Of a DNA stretch of 64,000 nucleotides, positions 51,128-61,100 are shown one piece after another. Position numbers and translations under genes: made by a program. Origin of the DNA: Amoebophrya sp. A120 (taxonomy: Eukaryota; Protista; Dinoflagellata); the NCBI GenBank assembly GCA_905178155.1, contig CAJINV010000004.1, positions 5,806,828-5,870,827 on the forward strand. Reading direction: 5' to 3'. The notes under the pieces were generated by a model. It made no database searches and was not told where the DNA came from. It saw only the letters and a list, made by a program, of their open reading frames with translations. Numbering within the stretch: the first letter of the stretch is position 1; every line of letters starts with the position of its first letter.

Positions 51128-51899
51128 AATGTCGACGCAGCCCGGCAGGCGAGCCAGCAGCGCATTGCCCCTCTTATGGCTAGCTGGCGGGCGCCTTACC
51201 CAGACGAGGAGAGGACGAGGGCGCCTCCTTACAACCCAAAGCGGCAAGGCTTTTCGCACACAGCTCCCCACACACGAAGGGGGCTGCGGCGGAGCAGAGG
51301 GCCGTCGTGTAACGTGCGTTACACGATGGCACGGCGGTGGCAAGCTTTTTGCAACGTGCGCAAGCGTGCATATAGGCAAGGACATGCCTCTGAAATTAAA
51401 GCGGCCGCCACGGGGAGCACTATTGACACGGCCGGGAAGGCACAAGTGAAACAGAGAGCCGCCGTGTAACGTGCGTTACGCGATGGCGCTGCCACAGCAG
51501 CTCATTTGCGCGAAGTGCACAAGTGTGCAAGGAGACAACGAAAAGCCTCTGGAATTGAAGCCACCAGCGGGCGGTCCCTGCGGCCTGTCTTCGCGGCCTG
51601 GTTTGGGCAACTAGCAAGGAGAAGGCGCGCGCGGCGCCGACACACCGAAGCCTCTGCCGGCGCAAAATGTTGGCGCGGCGCATAGCATTTGGGGCCGACC
51701 CCGGGGCGACCTCAGTGCAGCAGCCCGGCTCCGTTTCGCGGAGTGCGACACTGGGAGCACTTGTTAGCTTCGCAAGACCACTCCATCTTGTGCCTGACAG
51801 GCTCTGAAATTCCAGAGGCGAAACATCCGCGGCGAAGTACTGCGCAAGTTCTGGACGGGCCCGGCGACCCGGACCCTACGACCCCCGCTTTCGGAGTAA
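51128..51899. mobile_element. GC-rich insert flanked by a perfect 35-bp direct repeat
   Basis: aagaatggattttacaactcgaaatacatcgatag at 51093-51127 and 51900-51934; abrupt GC shift. Confidence 0.6.
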
Positions 51900-52179
51900 A
51901 AGAATGGATTTTACAACTCGAAATACATCGATAGTCCGATTGTTATAGTGAATAACTCGAAACAGGTCACCACGGAAGATTTTCTCGCAACATTAGGATG
52001 GTACCTACTAGTAGGGGCATATTACTAGAAGATAGACATTAGTGCAACTTTTTTTTATTTCGATGGGTACTACGAGGCTTTCTACTATACAAGTGATTTC
52101 TTCACGAAATGCTGCGGCTGCCGCTGCGTTCTGAGTTTTGAATGACGTCGCACCTCCTTTTTTACTTGCGGAAGTAGAT

Positions 52180-55100
52180 TCACAGGTTATCCAGATCCTC
52201 TTCGTACAGTGGCTCGGACCGGAACGTGGGCACGACGTTCGGAAACCTGGGCACCGCCTATAAAAGTGCACAACTCGTCCCCCTCATTTGCATGGCATGA
52301 AGAACAGCAATACAAACACCAGCGCAGATGGAGCCTATGCATGACAAATCTATGCACCTAATGTAGTACTTTTTGGGGTTCCGATTATATTCGTTATGCA
52401 AACAGTGCCACAAGGCAGCGACTGGATTTATGCAAATTGCATGAGAAATGAGAACGAGGGGGAGTTGTGCACGGTCATACCGCCGCCCCGTCCGACCGGT
52501 CGTCCGCGGAGGGCGGCAAGGGTTTTGGCATCACGCACGCGGTATCAACTGCAAAAGTATCGCACTCGTACTAATCGCAGTCATGCAAGACAAATTTCTT
52601 TTTTAAGCTAAATGAGCATGATAAATTCCATTTGTCATGCTGACCTAATTTGTATTGCAATGCTACGAGTACGATACTTTTGCAATTCATACGCCGCACC
52701 CTCCTGCTGACTGCGTTTCTCGAACTCCATGCGCGATCGATCCACCATATCGGAATAGCCACGATACAACTTATGGGTGCGTCAGGATTGAAATCGTCAA
52801 AGTGGAAATAACTTGTAATGCATAAAATGGATACCAGTTGGAAGCCCAATTTCTAAGCGGTGCATGACAAATTTTTCGAGCACCAGAATCCAATTTGTCA
52901 TGCTGTTTGGGCACAGACGACTGCTTTTGCCATGCTACTTTAGCAGCTCTATTTCAAACTCTAAACAGGCTGACAGTCGGCCTCACTTGCCATCCCGGCA
53001 AGACAGGCACTTCATGCCTTGCATTTTATGCATGACAAATCATTTAAACTTTGTCGATTTCAAACCTGACGCGTCCATACAACTTCGATTCCACGTAAAA
53101 CAGCAGCATGTTCACTGTGTCCAGCCCCTGGGCCATGGTCTTCTCAAACGTGGCCAGCTTTTCGTTCAAAGTGTGCATCGTCAGATTGGTTTATCGGGGT
53201 GGAAAACTACTACTTGTTCCCCTCAACTTTGTGGTATGAACAGCAATGCAAACACCAGCAGACATGCACATGGAGCCTGTGCGGCATGACAAGTTCGTGT
53301 GCCTAGTACAACTGTAGTACAAGTGTTTGGGTTCCTTCATCCGGAATCTGTCATGCAAACGGTACAAGAAGTAACAAGAAGGCGAAGGCTGGCACAGGCA
53401 GCATTTGCATTTTGCATGACAAATGAGGGGGACAGAGATGTGGTGTTGTGCACTTCCATATGGTCGCGTACATATCCTTCGCCTCCGCGTCGTCCACCGA
53501 GTTAATGCGCAGTGCTGCCCCCATGAAGTCCTCAAAGCGGACACTTCCCTTCTCTTCGACGTCCAGGATGTCGAAGAGTTCCCGGGTCATGTTCAAATCG
53601 AAGCCCACATCCTCTTATCAAGTGCAAAAGTGTCTGGGTCTGGAAGAGTGTAGACTTGTCATGTTGGAAGGCTAAGGGCAGGGCGTCCCATTCGTTTACT
53701 TGTCATGCAGATTTTCCATGACCCATGAGGTCTGGAATGCGGGACTTAGCATGACAGACTCTGCGAGGCCTTGCTAGCCATGCCTATTCTGCATGAGAAA
53801 CTCCGTTCCAACTTGGTCAAAAGTGGACAGCTTTTGGCACTCATGCAACACAGATTTTTGCATGCTTCAGATTTACCATGACAAGTTGCAATCTTCCAGA
53901 CCGAGACATTTTTGCAGTCGATACCTCTAGCCGAGCCCGCATCGCGCCGTTGTCCTCATTCAGCAGGAAATTCCACTCCGGCAGGGAGATCATGTTGTCG
54001 TGATTTGTGTCGCCGGCCTGGGGTGAAATGATTCAATCCACTTTTTGTTTTTTTCCTTTTTCTTTTTCATCTTTTGACGACGAATCAATATATTGAAATG
54101 TCTGCTGGTTAGGATCACATGCATCTATACCTACGAATAGTTTCAATTTTTGCAAAAATAATTTGAATACCGTAAGAGCGACTTTCAATTCTTCCATTCT
54201 CTCTATCCGGATGATGCCTTGCTGGATCTCCTTCTGTGCGTGTCTCGCTTTCCCAAGTTTCAGCGTCTCCGCAACCACCACAGAAACCACGATGTTCAGT
54301 AACCCATACCAGCAGACCATGATGAAGAAAATCCACAACACGATCAGTGCGGGCTGGTTGTCCGTCACCGGCCTGACCACTGTGGACGCCCAGTCGCCGC
54401 CTTTTGTCGCGAGCACGATCAGTGTCTGCATGGTGGTCCCGGAGGAACCAAAGTAGTCGCGCCAATCCCAACCGGAAAGCTTTCGGTACGGGGCATAAAT
54501 CTCGCGCTTTTTACCTGTCATGTGGTTCTTCTATGAGATGAATGCGCATGCTGTTGCACTCAGGACGTCAATCCTAAAGTAAACATTTAACATAGGTTTA
54601 ACTTGCTGAAGAACGACCACATACGTATTACTACCATAACCATGCTAAGCATCGCATTGATTTGCATTTTTTAGAAATCAAAATTATGATGACCGTGCTA
54701 TGCACAAGCGAAGCAAAATCGAGAGACATCAGAAAGAGAATAAACTGAGCGTATCTATAAGTTGTACCAACGATGACTGTGAAGAGAATCCCGAAGAAGT
54801 AGATCAGCATGAGAAACAAACACAGCACGGTCCCGACCGCCGGGAGGCTCGCGACGTAGGCGTGGGCGATCTTCATCAGGTGGTTGAAAACCGGAAACAG
54901 ACTCAGCAGCCGCCCCAATTTCACCAGCCGCAAGGTTCGAAACACGGTGAACATGCTGTGTGGGTATAATTATTGCGGGTTTGGAGAACAATAATTCATT
55001 CGGAAAGGGAAAATAAGCATCCAATGCAAACCATACGCATCAACCTCAAGCAAGGTCAACACTAAAAAGCAGCACCCGCGAGTGGAGTTATCACCAGGGG

Positions 55101-58100
55101 CACATCCACATAACAATGGCAAAAAAAAATCAAATCCCAGACACAAGTCTGCTTATCGGTCCAATCGAACATCAAGCGGCGAATTTATTGAGGCATTTCG
55201 ATCGGGCAAATCTGACTTCATCCATGCTGTCAGCCTGAATGTAGTGAGTACAATGGCAAAAAAAAACTTTGCCAAAGACAATCTGAATGTAGTGAGTACC
55301 GCAATGCGCCGCCACTCTCGGGCGCGAAGGGGGCCAGTATGAAGGTGTCGATGCAGCCGAGAAACACCACGAAGCCGTCGAAGAGCGTGAAGGGGTCCTT
55401 GAACAGGTTCTTCCCGTGGTAGCTGTAGCGGTAGTAGAGTTCGCCGAGAAAAATGAGGAGGAACACGACGTCAAATGTGTACCAGTACCAGTCTATGCAC
55501 TGCAAATATAATTTCTGGGTCTGGAAGACTGCAAGTTTGTCATGCCCACTCGTAATTCTGTCATGTTGTATGAGCACGAAAAGATCCTCTTGCCATGCAA
55601 AAACGCAGTTCGTCATGCGCAACACGAATAATGACATAAGTAAGTAGCAGATCGAAAACTTGTCATGCCTGGCTTCGTATAATTGCAGTGTGCCCTGCCC
55701 ACCATTAACAGGTTTGCATCACAACTTTCCAGACCCAGACATATTTGCAATGTGTACAGTCCCCGTCCAGGGCCGCCACGGGTTGAATACTGGTCACCTC
55801 GCCCCGCCCCGGACACTGCTCCCCGCGGGGGCAACACGTCCCCGCGTCGTCGCACTGCTTCACGTTGATGTCGGTCTGCAGCCAGATGAAAATCGTGTTC
55901 AACACAATGAAGAACGTCATGACTAGGTTAAACTTCACCGCATCGGGGGGCAAAGGCGTTTTGTTCTTCTCTTCGTCGGGAGTCAGGTCGATGCTCTTGT
56001 ACTTCAGAATCAGCTCCATCGCCACGTCTTCGGGCTTGCGGCTGGAAGGTGGAATTGCCGTGTTGTGAATGTTGATTGTAGTGTTGTTCCATGAGATGTG
56101 GATGATGTTCATGTTTGAGAACTGAAAACATGCCAAACCCAAAACATGCTGAATCAAAAAAAAAAAACTTTTTTTATCGAAGCAGTACTGTCCCTGCTCC
56201 TTCAGTTTGGCTTTCCTCCTCTGCCTCGCCGCTTCCGCACGGCGGGAAAGCCAGCCGCTTTTTTTCCTTTCCGGGACTAACGCATACAGGTCGGCGTAGA
56301 AGCTTTTACTCGACGACATCGGCTTGTTATTTCTACTGCCGCCTTGGAAGCTCTCCTTCGAGCTTGTTCTGCGTGTAGAGGACGCAACAGAACCCTTGGA
56401 ACCCTGCCGGAGCAGAATGCCTGTTATATGTAAAAATTCGTGCGCGAAAACGAAATCTAGTGGTATTTATTCACATGACATCCACATCGGCATGAGAATC
56501 TTCAACTTCATCTTCCTGCAGTGCTGGACGAACCAAAAAATAACAGAAAACCGCAAACAAGGAGGAAAGCGAGACCAGGCAGTTCGGTGCAAATCGATGA
56601 GAACAAGTCGAAACAAATCGATGAGAACAAGTTTATTCAGTAACAGTACCCCCATGCAAGTCGTCCTTCATCCGGTATTTGTTTCCACCGCTTTTACTTG
56701 CTTCGCCACCACTGCTATTGGCACCACCACCCCGTCTTGAGGAGGACCCCCTCCGGTCCCCCGCACTATCCGCCGAGCTGCCCCGGCGGCGACTGGCGCT
56801 CCGGCGCCGTTCGTCGTGGGAAGAGGAGAGGGAGCCGGATGAGGTTGACCGTCTGGGCTTCGATTTGCTCTTGCTGTTCGGATATGCATTGCAAAAGCGT
56901 ATCGCACTCGGAATCGCACTTGACTAGTACAGGTCGCATTTGCAAATTTTTTTTCAAGTCTAATTCATTTGTAAAACGGCTGAATTTACTAGGTCGAAAA
57001 ATACTGGTCGTCTGCTGTGCTGTACTGCGATTCGTACGATTACGACTACACTTATCTTTTGCGGTGGATATCGTGCTGAGCCGCTTAGACGAGGAGCCGT
57101 ACCCGCGGAGAAGCTTCTGCTGCATCAGCGAGGCTTTGGATTGTTGTTGGTCGAGCTGTTTCGCTTTCAGCATGTTGGTTGTGAACGCCAGGTGGGCGGC
57201 GCCGGTGTCGAAGACTTCGCTGTCGTCGTCCTCGTTGTCTTCATCGGAGGTCTCCTCGAGTTCCTCAAAACTGATCAAATATTTCTCCTCGAACGCATAT
57301 GGAAGCGTCAGGTTTGAAATCGTCAAAGTTCAGTTGAAATAATTTGTAATGCATAAAATGCATGGCCCGAGGTGCGTGTGTTGCAGAGCAGGCAAGTGAG
57401 GCCGATTGTAAGCCTGTTTGGGGCTACAGCTCGAGCTGCTAAAGTAGCATGAGAAAACCACTCTTCTTTGCCTAAACAGCATGACAAACTGGATTTAGGG
57501 ACCACCGAAATTTGTCATGCGCCACTTGGAAACTGGGTTCCAACTGGCATCCATTTTATGCATGGCAAATTATTTCAACTTTGTCGATTTCAACTCTGAC
57601 ACATCCATAACGCATACCAGTGTTGCTCCAGCTTGCCCGTCACCGTGCCGAAAAAACTGGAAGTCATGTCGTAGAGCGGCTTGAAAATAGCGCGGATCTG
57701 TGTGTAGATGTAGTTGTATCAGTAGTGACAAAGCTTTTAACTTTATTTAGTGTCTCTCATTTCATATTCATATTCATGTTCATCGCGGAGCACAGAAGAA
57801 ACACGAATATCACTGTTGTTGTACCAGCATGACCGGCCAGAGGTTGCACAAGCATTCCCTCGAACAGCATCTTCTCCGTTCCGTTTTCGCTTTCGAAATC
57901 GGAAACGCAAACAGCGACTTCTTGCTGTGCCCGAATTTCCCCGTGAAGGGCTTGTAACTGTCCTTACGAATCGTGTCGTCGTTGTCTTCGTCGTCGAGTG
58001 CTTTTTCTGTGCCTGAAATGCTGTTCCTTCCGCCCGGAAAGGCGAAAACCGACATGCGACTGAAGGCGGTGGTGGCTATCCACAAAAAAAGAGCCATCCC

Positions 58101-61100
58101 CATCCATCTTTTGCATGACAAGAAATACTGGGTTTGAAATTGATGCATGTTTTGCATGACAAATTGGATCATGGGAGTGATTCCTTTTTTGTGGATAGCA
58201 ACCGGGTTTTTCCTCCAGGAAAAGAACAAGCCCGAGCCTTTTGACGGCGAGTTTGCTCTACTATCTGCGTCTGTTGATAGTCCTCCTGTTGAAGATGCTG
58301 ACATCTTCCCGGCGGTCTTCTTAGCAGCCCCAGCCTGCGCGAGGTGGTCCTCGGCCTGTCCGATCTGCATATCCCGTCGCGCCTGGCCACCCGGAGTCAT
58401 CTCCGTGCCCAGCTCCTGCTTTTCCGTGAATTCCAGTGGCTTTTTCGTTTTGTTCCAGTCGGAGTTTTTCTCTACTTCCCGCTTCTTCGACGGCGGACTC
58501 GCGGAGAGCAGCATCGCCGACATTTTTCGCCCGGCCGTGGGAGACAGGGACGCGTCAGTGCTGAAGCCGCCCTGGTCGTCGGAGGAGACAAACTGCGACA
58601 TCCGCTGGTAATTCTGATTGTTAGTCCCTTCCGGCCCTGATTCGTCACTTGTGGAAGCGTGATTCCCACCTACGCCTCCACCAAACCGCGTACCCGTCGT
58701 CAGCGACGCGGTTCCCCCAGCACCTAAACCGGAGTTGTTTTTGTGCTGCAGGATCTTCATCTGGCCATGCACCATCGTTGTGCTGCTGCTAAAGCTCTTG
58801 CTGTTCGCTTTGCTGCTCATAGCACCCCCGGCGCCTTATCCTGTGCAAAAGTATCGCACTCGTAGTAATCGCAGTGATGCATTACGAATCTCCATCTCAA
58901 GGTAACACAGCATGATAAATTCCATTTCTCATGCTGACGGAATTTGTAATGCGACATCTACTAGTACGATGCTTTTGCAATGCATACGCCTGGTGGCGGG
59001 ACAAATTGGTTTGATGCTTCGTCCGCCACAGTGACATGTTTTATCCTGTGCAAAAGTGTCTGGGTCTGGAAAGTTGCAAGATTTGTCATGCATCTCGCGG
59101 AGCACAATCATGGTTTGTAATGCAGACAGAAGTATCACAGAGTTTTTGAGACCTTCCTCATGCCTCTTCCGCATGAGAAATTTCCGTTTTACCTAGCGAG
59201 AATTGGGTAACTGTTGGCGTTCATGCAACACAGACTTTCGCGTGATCCAGCTTTCGCATGACAGGCTTCATTCTTCCAGACCCAGACATATTTGCAATGC
59301 ATATGTTTGAGGCGATCGCGATCCTTACTTGATGTCGCAGTAGTTCCACCGGTATCAAATCCAAATATGTCTGGGTCTGGAAAAGTCATGCTGCTTTTGC
59401 ATGACACAAAAGGTCTGGCATGGAAGCTCTAGCATCACAGATTTCGAGAAGCTTCCGCAATGCTGGATCCGCAAGACAAATGCCCCATTCTGGTGGCAGA
59501 AAGAGGGCATCTTTTGCTGCCTATGCATGAGAGATTTTTATGCGTTGTGAAATGCGCATCACAGGTTTGCATTCTTCCAGACCCAGACATATTTGCAATG
59601 CATAACCGGTTTTACTCCTTGAATTGTTGGACTTCGACCCACCTGCGCCGAAAGTAGCGAAATTGGGGCTCTTCTGGTCGACCTCGGCCTGGAGATGTGC
59701 GCTAACCATGCCGGGCTTGGGCTTGGAACCCCCGCCACCTCCGATGTCGCGTTTCCGGGTCAGGGGACTCACCGAGGCCGTGTCCTGGTGCAGCACGTAG
59801 ATGGGGGGACTGGCGGAGGAGATGTTTTTGCCTCCGGTGGAGTTGTTCGCGCCGGCTGCTCGCGGGTCCTTCGGGGTGGCGCCCGTGATCTATTTTTTGT
59901 ACGTAATTCGGGGAGGAGTTGTATTGAAGCTGCGCTGTTTGCAGGTACCGTACGACGTATCGCTGCATATTAGCTGCATTGTACACGTGCAAATCCTTAT
60001 TTTGATTCTGAAAAACGTTCCGCTACCGCTTCTATGAAAAACCAATACCGCGATGCTGGTTTTAGTGTTGTAAGCTGGCGCAGGCTCGGGCGGGAGGTTC
60101 TCCGCCGGTTTTCTGGAGAGCATCTTCGCCATGAAGCTCTTGTATCCTGAGCAAAAGCGTCCCCATACCAGAGTTCCCATGCAGATTTGCAATTACAGCA
60201 ACATGATTTGAAATGCGCACTCCCATGACAGGCGTTTCCAGTCGTGTTTTGGAATTTGTAATGGTGTAAGCAGGATGGGAGAATGGCTTTGCGATGCCGC
60301 TGTGCTTGCTACCATGCACTAGAAAACAGAGAGAAACTTGTCATGCGTAACCCCCAAAACTCCTGGATTTGCGTTGCTGAGTTCCCACCTGGACTCTGGG
60401 GTGGGGCTGGGGACGTTTTGTCTCAGCATACCTTCCTTCGCGGACTCTTCTGCTCCTCCTTCTTCTCCGGAACCGAGCCCGGCAGCGGGTCTAAAGAGGC
60501 GCGGTTGATTATGATTGGCATGATGGAGGTTGTAGTTCTTGCCAGAGTAGTAGATGAGCGTCAGCACGTGCAGTTCCCTCGTCGGAAGAGATCGAGGATG
60601 AAAGAAAGAAGTGAAGCGCCAGCTTCCAGAGCAGGAAGTAGAGAGGCGAACGATTTTTACAACAGCAGTCCTGGGAGGACCCCTAGTTGCGCCACGTCAG
60701 CCTCAGATATAGAAGAGGGCAGGAGAGATTTCGCACCCAGTGGCGGACCCGCAGAGCGCCACAGAGATCAAGAAGAGTTTGAAATTGAATTATACAAAAG
60801 TGCACGGATACTTACGTTTATATCGTTGTGGTGTGTCTGTGTACAACAAAACATTTCTTACATTCGAAACGACATCAAGTAATAGGCGGGTTACATCAAT
60901 AAGTACATGTTGATAATTTTCATTCGCCTACTCGTTCATCTTCTCCAACTAGTTTTATTTGCTTCCAGCTCTTATACGAAAAAAAGAGTTTGCTACTGCT
61001 CCTACAATGTTTGAGATGGTGAGATGAACTTCAGCTACTGGGATGAGTTTGATTTTACCCTTGCGATTCGGATTCCATACACTTTTACCTCTACTACGTT

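Noticed and set aside
8959-59604. Recurring peptides such as IKCKNVWVWN, FQTQTFLHLI, CKSIVLV and CAKVSYS as a repeated protein domain
   Set aside because: They are translations of introner TIRs in different frames, not protein
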